This document shows positions 38,520 through 47,065 of a stretch of 61,431 nt of DNA, piece by piece. How positions within the stretch are numbered: the stretch's first letter is position 1; the number at the start of each line of letters is the position of its first letter. Position numbers and translations under genes: made by a program. Under the pieces are notes generated by a model, which saw only the letters and a list, made by a program, of their open reading frames with translations, made no database searches and was not told the DNA's origin. Source of the DNA: a virus; IMG/VR virus record IMGVR_UViG_3300045988_127488. One strand, 5' to 3'.

Positions 38520-39905
38520 ATGAAAACAGATGGCTACATATTTACTCCAGAGCTGTTGCAGTGGCGTTACTTCCATCGTCCTGTGGTCGTTCAGGTGCTC
38601 ATCCATGTGCTCCTCTCCTCCGCTCACAACGAGGCTTCCGCTGCCACCCTCTCCTATCGTGATTTGGCTCTACAGCTCCATACCACGGTCAAGACCATCC
38701 GTGTCGCCATCGATGTGCTCATAGCCGAGAAAATCATCACCAAGTGCTCTGCTCCAAGAGCCTCAACTAAACTCTACGTTAACAGTTCTCACCCCCTATC
38801 CCACTGCATCATACCGTGGCAAAGAGACCAAGGGGCACAGGTTACGGCACACTTCGGGGCACAGATTGGGGCACAATATAGGGCACAGATTCAATCTTCC
38901 GAAGTTCCTTTAAATAAAGGCGATTCCGAAGATTCAGAAACTATCAAGGGCACAGTTAAGGGCACGATTAAGGGCAAAGATGGGGCACGCTCCAGGGCAC
39001 ACCCTAAACAAGGGACACACCAAAAGGCACATTATAGGGCACAGATTAACAATCCCGAAACCCCTTTAAATAAAGGTTATTCCGAAGATTCTGCCGAAGT
39101 TGAGGGCACAGCCAAGGGCAATGGTAAGGGCACAGAAGTAAGAGGAAAGAAACAAATAAAAGAAAACATTTCCCCCGAACCCCCTATAAAAGAAAACAAA
39201 CAAAGAAAGGAGAAAGCCCACACCCACACACAAAAAAAAGAAAAAGAAAAAAAGTCGTTGGATCCGGAAGTTCAGTTCTCGGAAGTGCTAAGACTCTTCA
39301 ATCGCCTCTTTCTGGGCACGCAGGTCAAGCCAATCTCAAAGATGACTCCAGACCGAAAGAAGATGGTGGCAAAGTTTATCTCAGACTATTCCTTCGAGGA
39401 TATAGAACCGATGCTTCGCAAGGCTCTCAACTCCGATCTTCTCTCAGGGCGCAAGGATGGTGGATGCTATATCTCCTTCAACTGGCTCTTCAATCCGAAG
39501 AACTACGAGGCTCTGATGGAAGGAACCTTCGACAATCCTACAGTTGTAGCCTCAGCCGGGAAGAAGCCTCAGCATTCAAGTTCTCCACCACCTTCTCCTC
39601 CACAGCCTCAATGCGAGGAGACCAACGAGGAAATAGAAGCTCGCCTCAGAATGAAAGAAGATCGCAAGAAGGAATTAGAGAAAGAACAGACCGAAGCCCT
39701 ACGGCAGAAGTATCTAGGCTGGATAGAAGCCGCCAAGAAGAACCCGAATGGCTCGATGGCAAAGATGGTGATAGATGCCTACAAGAATGGCACTCTGGCT
39801 AAACTGGGCATCGTCTGGAATCCATCGGTGGCAGAAGAAGAACAGTCACTGGCCGACTTGGATGATCAGACTCAGAATTATCTCCAGTCTCTCCTCAGCG
39901 ACTAA
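38520..39905 (+). CDS. Replication initiation / DnaD-like protein with a phage conserved C-terminal domain
   Basis: An N-terminal wHTH-like segment (LSYRDLALQLHTTVKTIRVAIDVLIAEKII) is followed by an iteron-encoded low-complexity linker. The C-terminal FNRLFLGT...SGRKDGGCYISFNWLFNPKNYEALMEGTFDN resembles the Phg_2220_C type. Confidence 0.55.
   Translation: MKTDGYIFTPELLQWRYFHRPVVVQVLIHVLLSSAHNEASAATLSYRDLALQLHTTVKTIRVAIDVLIAEKIITKCSAPRASTKLYVNSSHPLSHCIIPWQRDQGAQVTAHFGAQIGAQYRAQIQSSEVPLNKGDSEDSETIKGTVKGTIKGKDGARSRAHPKQGTHQKAHYRAQINNPETPLNKGYSEDSAEVEGTAKGNGKGTEVRGKKQIKENISPEPPIKENKQRKEKAHTHTQKKEKEKKSLDPEVQFSEVLRLFNRLFLGTQVKPISKMTPDRKKMVAKFISDYSFEDIEPMLRKALNSDLLSGRKDGGCYISFNWLFNPKNYEALMEGTFDNPTVVASAGKKPQHSSSPPPSPPQPQCEETNEEIEARLRMKEDRKKELEKEQTEALRQKYLGWIEAAKKNPNGSMAKMVIDAYKNGTLAKLGIVWNPSVAEEEQSLADLDDQTQNYLQSLLSD
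38833..39133. repeat. Iteron array: at least 11 exact copies of GGGCAC plus degenerate copies in about 300 bp, including two approx. 78-bp direct repeats
   Basis: Exact GGGCAC hexamers start at about 38833, 38857, 38869, 38881, 38948, 38960, 38983, 38995, 39037, 39104 and 39128. Degenerate copies (cggcac, gggcaa, gggaca, aggcac) lie between them. Long repeats span 38877-38955 and 39033-39111. Confidence 0.8.
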
Positions 39906-39939
39906 GATACAAGTAACAAACAATTTAATTCATACGATT

Positions 39940-40515
39940 ATGGACAGACAAGAATTAATCGACCGCCTCAACGGCAATTATCCAGAATACACGCAGAAGC
40001 CTCAGCAGAAGAAGGTTCAGCGAGAAGGTCAGCTGCAGATAGCCTGTGTACGATGGTTTCGCCTCCAGTACCCGGCATTCTCCACCCTCCTCTTCCATCC
40101 CAAGAATGAGGCAGACGGTGCAACAAGTGGCAAGAAGATAGCCATCAACGCAGCAGCAGGAGTAGTACCAGGCGTTCCAGATCTCATTCTGGCTCTCCCT
40201 TCCATCAGATATGAAGAGAACATCGGTGACCTCAGCCCCCACAAGGCTTTCTATCACGCCCTGGGCATAGAATTGAAGTATGGTCACACCAATCAGCAGT
40301 CAGCCCATCAGAAGGAGTTCCAAGCCTTCTGGGAAGCAGCAGGCTATAAATACGTCCTCTGCCGCTCATTAGAGGAAGTGAAGCAGCAAGTCGATGACTA
40401 CATGCGCCACGCCCCACTCTCGGCTCGTCAGGATGTCAGCGTAGTCTATCACTCTGATCCGGCAACCGAGTCTAACAAGAAGTTATTAAATAAAATCATC
40501 AAAAGCAAGAAGTAA
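39940..40515 (+). CDS. VRR-NUC domain nuclease
   Basis: EGQLQIACVRWF...GVVPGVPDLILALP...LGIELKYGHTNQQSAHQKEF follows the D...ExK PD-(D/E)xK pattern of VRR-NUC. I moved the start to the ATG at 39940. Confidence 0.7.
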   Translation: MDRQELIDRLNGNYPEYTQKPQQKKVQREGQLQIACVRWFRLQYPAFSTLLFHPKNEADGATSGKKIAINAAAGVVPGVPDLILALPSIRYEENIGDLSPHKAFYHALGIELKYGHTNQQSAHQKEFQAFWEAAGYKYVLCRSLEEVKQQVDDYMRHAPLSARQDVSVVYHSDPATESNKKLLNKIIKSKK

Positions 40516-40517
40516 CT

Positions 40518-40760
40518 ATGCAAACAGAACTATCATTCATCCTCTTCATGCTTCTCGTCAGTTCAATAGCAGTCCTCTATCTGTGGTTGATCACAAGAAG
40601 CAACAAGAAACACTGTCAGGACTGTGTTTTCTTCACCCTCAGAAAAGAGTCCAAGCGTCTGGGCCAATGCTCTCGCTTCTCCAACCACCATTTCTTCTGG
40701 GAGCCAGCATGCAAAGGCTGGCAGCGTAAACCTATAGAACAGAAGGAGGCAGAACTATGA
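40518..40760 (+). CDS. Small membrane protein
   Basis: 80 aa with an N-terminal TM (LSFILFMLLVSSIAVLYLWLI). Confidence 0.45.
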   Translation: MQTELSFILFMLLVSSIAVLYLWLITRSNKKHCQDCVFFTLRKESKRLGQCSRFSNHHFFWEPACKGWQRKPIEQKEAEL

Positions 40761-41416
40761 AAGGATATGAAAATGTAGACGAACAGAAACTGTTCAAATT
40801 GTTCTGCAGCGATAAGTATATCATAAATAAGCCTATACTCAAAGATGACAAGGTTTTTGCTACAAATGGTAAAATAGCTATCTACGTCAATGCAGAAATC
40901 TGTCAAGGCGAGTATGAGAAAACTGAAAAGTTTAATGTCGCATTACCTCCTATAAGGCAAGAACTGCAGATTCCTCTGATGAGCCTACTGAAGGCATATG
41001 ATTCTCTGCCGAAAGATGAACATGAGGATTATGATATTGAAGTTTGTAACGAATGTCATAATACAGGCTTTGTAAATTGGCAATATATTGATAAGAAAGG
41101 AACTATCTATCATAGAGATTTTGGCTGTCCGGCATGCGATAGCCTCGGATTCCAAAAGCGAAATATAAGAAAGGTTTATGGACCCGAAAAATCAGCTGTC
41201 ATAAAATTGGATGGATTCTTGCTTATACATTGGCAAGTAAAAACCATCATTGATACCTTATTCGTTCTGGGAAAAGATCATATAACACTTCTCTCGAAAA
41301 ATAAGACGCATACTTTGGTTTGGGTTTACCTACGTGTAGATGAAAATATCACTATCCTAGTTTCACCATGTTGCTATATCAATGAGGATGCTGCTGATGC
41401 AATAGTTGAACTTTAA
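40757..41416 (+). CDS. Hypothetical protein with a zinc ribbon
   Basis: CNECHNTGF...GCPACDSLGF supplies a CxxC...CxxC pattern. The gene is ATGA-coupled. Confidence 0.5.
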   Translation: MKGYENVDEQKLFKLFCSDKYIINKPILKDDKVFATNGKIAIYVNAEICQGEYEKTEKFNVALPPIRQELQIPLMSLLKAYDSLPKDEHEDYDIEVCNECHNTGFVNWQYIDKKGTIYHRDFGCPACDSLGFQKRNIRKVYGPEKSAVIKLDGFLLIHWQVKTIIDTLFVLGKDHITLLSKNKTHTLVWVYLRVDENITILVSPCCYINEDAADAIVEL

Positions 41417-41427
41417 AGTATTTATCT

Positions 41428-41988
41428 ATGGGCAATTACATCAAACAAAACCTGATGCAGTCAACACCATCGGTTGCTGATCAGGAGAAAATGAGGATGT
41501 GCAAGTTCTGTGTACATAGCCACATCAGCGACCTCGGATACAACCATTGCTGGAAGTCTGATAGTGCTTATAATGGATCTCCTACAGGCATCTGCTGTGC
41601 ATACAAGGATAAGAGGATATGGAAGCCCTATTATTTCTCTGGTCTCATATCACACTACAGGGGTAACATCTGTTGGGCACAACCAGTATATAACACTTCT
41701 ACAAAAGGAAAGAGCCGTATTTTCAAATACGAAGTCCTCGACCCAGTAGCCTCAACTATAATAAACCTCCTGCCTAAGGAGTTTGCCAAGGATTACATTC
41801 CAGCCACTCCTGGCTCCAAGCCTCCACATACGATGAAGGAGTATGAGAAATTTGACGCCTTATGCTTCGGTGGCTACGACCCACAACTAACAGAGAAGCA
41901 AGAGGCAAGAAATTATCATGAAGCCAACTGGCAGCAAATCCTTGCTCAGGAAGCAATAGACAAACAATTAAAACAAGAAGCAATATGA
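41428..41988 (+). CDS. Hypothetical protein
   Basis: 186-aa ATG ORF. Confidence 0.5.
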   Translation: MGNYIKQNLMQSTPSVADQEKMRMCKFCVHSHISDLGYNHCWKSDSAYNGSPTGICCAYKDKRIWKPYYFSGLISHYRGNICWAQPVYNTSTKGKSRIFKYEVLDPVASTIINLLPKEFAKDYIPATPGSKPPHTMKEYEKFDALCFGGYDPQLTEKQEARNYHEANWQQILAQEAIDKQLKQEAI

Positions 41989-42245
41989 AGAAAAGATATT
42001 TTTACGTAGTCGCATCATACATGCGCAAAGACATAGCCAACACATGGTGTAAGGTTGTCTTTACCATCATGAAGGATGATGGCTCAGCATTGTTCCCTCT
42101 TATGGAGGCTTTCAAGGTGATTAGTGAAGGATATTCAGAGATAGCTGATCCTGCCACTATCCAGTTCGACAATTACCTTGAAATTAGCAAGGAAGACTAT
42201 GAGGCTTATAACAAACTCAATAATTTAGTCAAAGTGAATAAGTAG
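41985..42245 (+). CDS. Hypothetical protein
   Basis: 86-aa ORF, ATGA-coupled. Confidence 0.45.
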   Translation: MKKRYFYVVASYMRKDIANTWCKVVFTIMKDDGSALFPLMEAFKVISEGYSEIADPATIQFDNYLEISKEDYEAYNKLNNLVKVNK

Positions 42246-42323
42246 CGTATGAAAAGAACAATGAAGACTGTGGATAAGTATTTATCAGATATGAAAATCA
42301 ACTCAGAAATGGAGGTGTAGAGT

Positions 42324-43292
42324 ATGAAAAGAAATATCTATTATAAGTCGGCATGCAATATGGAAGAGTTAGCAGATGAAAGCATCAATATTGTAGTAAC
42401 ATCGCCTCCATATCCGATGGTTGAAATGTGGGACGATATATTTGCAAGTCAAAATAAGGCTATTGCGTACAACCTTGCAGATCATCCATCCGTATCTTTC
42501 GATTTAATGCACGGAATACTCAACAATATATGGAGGGAGTGTTATAGGGTTCTTTCAGAAGGAGGTTTCCTTTGCATCAATATAGGAGATGCTACAAGAA
42601 CTATCAATGGAAACTTCCAGCTGTTCAATAACCATGCGAAAATATCGCAATTTTGCAGAAGCCTTGGTTTTACGGAACTTCCATGCGTCATTTGGAGAAA
42701 GCAAACCAATGCCCCAAATAAGTTTATGGGAAGTGGTATGCTTCCCTGTGGTGCTTATGTCACCCTCGAACACGAATACATACTAATATTCAGAAAGGGT
42801 AAAAGGCGAAAGTTTAAGACCGAGGAGGAAAAGAAGAATCGAAGACAAAGCGCATTCTTCTGGGAAGAGAGAAATACGTGGTTCTCTGACACCTGGAATG
42901 TGAAGGGTGTAAAGCAGAAGATGGCTAACGGAAAATCTCGAACAAGAAGCGCAGCCTTCCCTTACGAAATACCTTACCGTCTTATCAACATGTATTCGTG
43001 CAAGGGAGACACGGTGCTCGACCCATTCCTTGGTCTTGGAACGACAATGCAAGCCGCATTAAACTGTGGTAGAAACTTTGTTGGTTATGAGATAGACAAA
43101 ACATTGGAAGAATACCATGAAAGTCTGTCTGCAGCGCAGATCGCAGGTTCCAGAACTATAGCATCGTCTCGTATTTTGCAGCATAACCGATTTGTTGCAG
43201 ATAGAGAAATTAACGGAAAGGACTTAAAGTATTTTAATAAGCATCTTGGCTGCAAAGTTATGACAAAGCAAGAGCAAGACATAAAATTATAA
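42324..43292 (+). CDS. N4-cytosine / N6-adenine DNA methyltransferase (beta class)
   Basis: Motif IV VVTSPPYPM precedes motif I DTVLDPFLGLGTTMQAA. This IV-then-I order is typical of the N-4/N-6 methylase family. Confidence 0.8.
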   Translation: MKRNIYYKSACNMEELADESINIVVTSPPYPMVEMWDDIFASQNKAIAYNLADHPSVSFDLMHGILNNIWRECYRVLSEGGFLCINIGDATRTINGNFQLFNNHAKISQFCRSLGFTELPCVIWRKQTNAPNKFMGSGMLPCGAYVTLEHEYILIFRKGKRRKFKTEEEKKNRRQSAFFWEERNTWFSDTWNVKGVKQKMANGKSRTRSAAFPYEIPYRLINMYSCKGDTVLDPFLGLGTTMQAALNCGRNFVGYEIDKTLEEYHESLSAAQIAGSRTIASSRILQHNRFVADREINGKDLKYFNKHLGCKVMTKQEQDIKL

Positions 43293-43311
43293 ATCTTAAA
43301 AGAAATAGCGT

Positions 43312-43461
43312 ATGAAAGAGAAAGAGTTAAAAGTCAAATTAAGAGTTGATATGCTCATCCTTGAGATAGAATCCGCATTAAATATTTCTGACTCCAAGTT
43401 TATCAATGCAGAGTATGTTTTATCACAGTTGAGAATTATTAAACAAGAATTAGAGCAATGA
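43312..43461 (+). CDS. Small hypothetical protein (49 aa)
   Basis: My own translation (MKEKELKVKLRVDMLILEIESALN...). It is ATGA-coupled to the next gene. Confidence 0.3.
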   Translation: MKEKELKVKLRVDMLILEIESALNISDSKFINAEYVLSQLRIIKQELEQ

Positions 43462-43742
43462 ATATATACTTAACAGAATCAGAATACGATGCTATAAGTT
43501 TTGCTTGGTCTCAAATTGCAACAGAGATTGAAGCAAGCTCTGATGATAGCTTTACCATTGAAGCTGGAGAGGCTATCAGCCAACTGTCTTCTATACAAGA
43601 CAAATACAGAGAAGCAAAAAGAAAAAGCGAAATATTCTATGCAGTAAGAGCAAAGTTCAAAGAACGCTTTCCAGAAGTTAGTTCTTCGACTTTAGGAAAA
43701 CTGGCTAGAAAAGCAATAAAAATGAGTAACGAAAAGAATTAA
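43458..43742 (+). CDS. Hypothetical protein
   Basis: 94-aa ATG ORF. Confidence 0.45.
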   Translation: MNIYLTESEYDAISFAWSQIATEIEASSDDSFTIEAGEAISQLSSIQDKYREAKRKSEIFYAVRAKFKERFPEVSSSTLGKLARKAIKMSNEKN

Positions 43743-43746
43743 AGTA

Positions 43747-43995
43747 ATGAAGATAAAATTAATCAAACCAACGAAGTGCGCTCAGGATGTTCACGAAACG
43801 ACCAAATATCCACGCCCATGGTTTAAGCCGAAGCCAGAGCTTCCAGCAGATACGATTTTGGAGGTGGATAAAGTCTGGCAAAATTTCTTTGGTAGCTATT
43901 ATCGCTGTCAATTGCCAGAAGAAATGGAAGATGAAAATTATTCCCTTCCGTGGTACGACATCCCAATAGAGAATGCTGAAATATATAAAAGTTAA
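43747..43995 (+). CDS. Hypothetical protein
   Basis: 82-aa ATG ORF. The antisense track ORF is rejected on operon context. Confidence 0.45.
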   Translation: MKIKLIKPTKCAQDVHETTKYPRPWFKPKPELPADTILEVDKVWQNFFGSYYRCQLPEEMEDENYSLPWYDIPIENAEIYKS

Positions 43996-44013
43996 ATTCA
44001 AATCATAACAATT

Positions 44014-44268
44014 ATGGCTGTAGTAAATGTAGATTATTCAGAGTTCGAAACCTTGAAGATCAGTAAACTTCGTCATGAGCAGCATTTGCACGAAAGACTG
44101 CAAGAAGCCCAACTTCGACAGATAAAGCGAGAGCACGATGGTCTCCACAAGTGGATAACCATCAAGCCACGCCTCAGACTCCTCTGCCGAATAGACGAAA
44201 AAGGTAACCTCCTCCCCAAGGAGCAGGAACGCATCAGGAAAGTTAAACAAACTTTAGGTATCAAATAA
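44014..44268 (+). CDS. Hypothetical protein
   Basis: 84-aa ATG ORF. Confidence 0.45.
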   Translation: MAVVNVDYSEFETLKISKLRHEQHLHERLQEAQLRQIKREHDGLHKWITIKPRLRLLCRIDEKGNLLPKEQERIRKVKQTLGIK

Positions 44269-44271
44269 GAT

Positions 44272-44862
44272 ATGAGTGAAGAATCAGTATTATCCTTTCG
44301 CAAGCTGGTTTCAGCTATGCGAACCACGGAAAAGGAATATTGGGCACACCGCGATAAGAAGATGCTGCGCCAGTCCATCGAACTTGAAAAGCGTGTTGAT
44401 GGCATCATCATGAAGGCAGACGGAAATGATGTCCCTCAGAACGACAATGGCACATTCTTCCTTCTGGTAGCAGAACTTAGAGCCTCAACCATCCAATATT
44501 TCCAAGAGAAGAAGAAGCTACAGCCCGACAAGGAGCTGGTCAACTCCCTCTTCAAGACCATCAAGGAGAAAGAAGCCAAGATAGATAAGATGCTCATACG
44601 TCTCAAAGACGAGCAGATAAAGAAAGATGGCTACATCATCCAGTACCACGTCATGGAACGTATGCCAAGAGCACATCAGGCTCGTTCTATCTTTAATACC
44701 TCGGATGAGCAGCTTGCCAATATAGAGTTGAATGACCACTACCGCCATCACGACCATCCTGGCACCATGTATTTCATCTGCAAGGAATATCTTGGCAAAG
44801 ACGGAAAACAGCTACCTCAGGAAGAGGTAGACAAAATTATTAATAACAATTTAAATTCTTAA
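44272..44862 (+). CDS. Hypothetical protein
   Basis: 196-aa ATG ORF. Confidence 0.5.
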   Translation: MSEESVLSFRKLVSAMRTTEKEYWAHRDKKMLRQSIELEKRVDGIIMKADGNDVPQNDNGTFFLLVAELRASTIQYFQEKKKLQPDKELVNSLFKTIKEKEAKIDKMLIRLKDEQIKKDGYIIQYHVMERMPRAHQARSIFNTSDEQLANIELNDHYRHHDHPGTMYFICKEYLGKDGKQLPQEEVDKIINNNLNS

Positions 44863-44866
44863 GATT

Positions 44867-45436
44867 ATGGAAAAGAAAACAGAAAGTTTAAAAGTCAAAG
44901 TAGACAAAGCCATTGCCGAAAAGATTATTGGCATAGGCAACTGTTCTTCCCTCCGCTCTCGTACAAGCACATGGTTCGAGTGCAAGGTACGCTATAAGAA
45001 GACCCAGGAGGATGGAAGCGATAAATTGGTAAACGAACTGTATGTTGTTGATGCTCTCTCCTTCACCGAGGCAGAAGCTAGCATCATTGATAACATGTCC
45101 GTCTATGTCTCAGGCGAGTTTAAGGTTGCCAACATCAACCCAGCCAACTACAACGAGATTTTCTTCTCTGATATTGATGACGATGATCTTTGGTTCAAGG
45201 CTCGTTTGGCTTTCATCACCATTGATGAAAAGAAGGATAAGGAGAAGCGTACCTATGTCAACTACCTCATCCAAGCCAAGTGCATTGAGCGTGCCAAGCG
45301 TTATGTAGACGAGGTTATGGGCAAGACCATGATAGACTATGAGTTGAAGAGCCTCAGCGAGACAAAGATTTTTGATGTCTTCGAGCATGAGCCTTCCACT
45401 GACAAGCAGAAAGAGAAGGACGGTAAAACCGAGTAA
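44867..45436 (+). CDS. Hypothetical protein, DUF4494-like (recalled Bacteroidota family)
   Basis: WFECKVRYKKTQEDG...LYVVDALSFTEAEA...LWFKARLAFITIDEKKDKEK resembles the DUF4494 pattern as I remember it. Not verifiable here. Confidence 0.45.
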   Translation: MEKKTESLKVKVDKAIAEKIIGIGNCSSLRSRTSTWFECKVRYKKTQEDGSDKLVNELYVVDALSFTEAEASIIDNMSVYVSGEFKVANINPANYNEIFFSDIDDDDLWFKARLAFITIDEKKDKEKRTYVNYLIQAKCIERAKRYVDEVMGKTMIDYELKSLSETKIFDVFEHEPSTDKQKEKDGKTE

Positions 45437-45475
45437 TCACTGACAATTCTTGCGCAATTTGGTTCTCAACAAGCT

Positions 45476-45523
45476 AAGTTGCGCAAGTTATCACTTCTCT
45501 TCCGCACATTTCTCGTAACTTAG
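45476..45523 (+). promoter_or_regulatory. Phage-specific promoter, plus-strand copy (AAGTTGCGCAAGTTATCAC-N21-TAACTTAG)
   Basis: Same architecture as the four minus-strand copies. It ends 37 nt upstream of the ATG at 45561. Confidence 0.55.
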
Positions 45524-45560
45524 CCACACATTATTAATATATATATAACATCAATCATAT

Positions 45561-45896
45561 ATGAAAAAGTTGAAACGTTTCATCATTTATCTCCGTCTCT
45601 GGTTCATCCGCAAGATGGGTTACACCCTTCCTTCTCTCAGAGAAGCAACCAGCGTCATGCCGGGAGAGTTCTATGATCTCTTCGGGCGCATTGTCCGGGC
45701 AGTTCCCAACAAGGAATCCTCCACCCCACATGTTGAAGACAACTTGGAGCATGAAGAAGTCCCAGAGCATTGCCATAACTGCGATTTGTTCAAAGAGCAC
45801 ATTCCTTGCTCCTTCAACCACCGTATGCCCAACGGCTGCGATATTTGCGACAATCATCATTTCGAAATCATCTGCATCAACAGAGGTAACATCTAA
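45561..45896 (+). CDS. Cys/His-rich hypothetical protein
   Basis: 111 aa containing EHCHNCDLFKEHIPCSFNHRMPNGCDICDNHH. The strand was chosen from the promoter and operon context. Confidence 0.45.
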   Translation: MKKLKRFIIYLRLWFIRKMGYTLPSLREATSVMPGEFYDLFGRIVRAVPNKESSTPHVEDNLEHEEVPEHCHNCDLFKEHIPCSFNHRMPNGCDICDNHHFEIICINRGNI

Positions 45897-45908
45897 AGCA
45901 CAATCAAT

Positions 45909-46640
45909 ATGAAACAGCAAAAGTCAAATTATAAACTCGACAAGAAGACTGGTCACCTTCTCGAAATTCCTTCCAGAAAGCAAGTTCGTGAACATGTCAA
46001 GAAGATACGTGAGCAGCAGACCCAAGAGCCTCAGGACCCCATCACCCTGCATGAGACCCAAGCCGACAAGAATTTCAAGAAGGTCCAGAAGGTTCTCGAC
46101 CGTATGCACGCCAAGGCAAAACTACCCGACTTCCTTACCATGGCCCGCAAGAAGTTCCTTTCCACCGTCTGCGTTATCAATCGTCCCGGCAAGCAGCGTA
46201 GCCTCCTCCCCGATAAGAAAGGACGATACGTAATGCTCTGCCACCGAAAGATGGCTAAGGTCTTCACAGCCGATGTCTGCCTCCTCGTTAAGATACAGAA
46301 GTCCTGGGTCACTGACAATACCGAAGAGCGCACAGTGGAACATTGGCAAGATGGCTCCTGGAGCATCGTTCCTTGCCGGGTAGACAAAAGCAACTACACC
46401 ACCATTCAGGAAGTCCGTATTCGTCCATGGTTCTTCCTTCATCGCTACTGGTACGAGATCACATTTGATGGCAGGGTAGAGCCAGCCATGATGTTGAATG
46501 ATTACAACCTCAACCCTACCCTTCGCAAGAAGCATTTCTACGTTACCAGGGAATATGTAAAAGTACGTAACCAGGATGCCGAAAACGACTACTTCCGTTT
46601 TTGGCTCCACAAACCTACAGATTATGCAGAACGAAACTGA
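45909..46640 (+). CDS. Hypothetical protein
   Basis: 243-aa ATG ORF. Confidence 0.5.
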   Translation: MKQQKSNYKLDKKTGHLLEIPSRKQVREHVKKIREQQTQEPQDPITLHETQADKNFKKVQKVLDRMHAKAKLPDFLTMARKKFLSTVCVINRPGKQRSLLPDKKGRYVMLCHRKMAKVFTADVCLLVKIQKSWVTDNTEERTVEHWQDGSWSIVPCRVDKSNYTTIQEVRIRPWFFLHRYWYEITFDGRVEPAMMLNDYNLNPTLRKKHFYVTREYVKVRNQDAENDYFRFWLHKPTDYAERN

Positions 46641-47028
46641 TATTTACATCCTCAACCGTCCACGCCATCAAAAGCGTGGGCTAACCCTCAACAAGAATGG
46701 GCGCATCACTCTGCGCTCATCCCCAATTAAACTTCTTGGTTTGGAGCGAGGAGATAAGATCATCTTCTTATTCCATGACTCTCAGATGTACATTGTCAAG
46801 TCTTCCAGCCATAATCTTGCTATCCCTCTATATGGGCGCAAGTCTCAACTCCACGGTTGTAGCGCCAGCACCGTCAAGGAACTCTTCAATCATATACCAG
46901 GCATTCCACCTGATACTCAGGAGATAGACTTGGTAGTCTCTGACCACCTCGAAAACATCATGATATGCAATGACATCATTCAGGCTTTGGCAGTAGTCAA
47001 TCGTGCCGACCCATCCCATTGCCGATAA
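46624..47028 (+). CDS. Hypothetical protein (possible AbrB/SpoVT-like N-terminus)
   Basis: From the ATG at 46624: MQNETDIYILN...GRITLRSSPIKLLGLERGDKIIF resembles a swapped-hairpin DNA-binding fold. This is a weak call. Confidence 0.4.
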   Translation: MQNETDIYILNRPRHQKRGLTLNKNGRITLRSSPIKLLGLERGDKIIFLFHDSQMYIVKSSSHNLAIPLYGRKSQLHGCSASTVKELFNHIPGIPPDTQEIDLVVSDHLENIMICNDIIQALAVVNRADPSHCR

Positions 47029-47065
47029 TTAAACATTAAGCACAACACATTAAACATTAAGAAAG

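Noticed and set aside
38833-39133. Possible CRISPR array, because of many short repeats
   Set aside because: The repeat unit is only about 6-9 nt with irregular spacing. It lies inside a continuous ORF and no cas genes are present. Iterons are the better explanation.
45555-45920. 121-aa minus-strand ORF overlapping gene 45561..45896
   Set aside because: All neighbouring genes and the adjacent promoter copy (45476..45523) are plus-oriented, and the plus-frame product has a coherent Cys/His-rich pattern. The minus ORF cannot be fully excluded without expression data.
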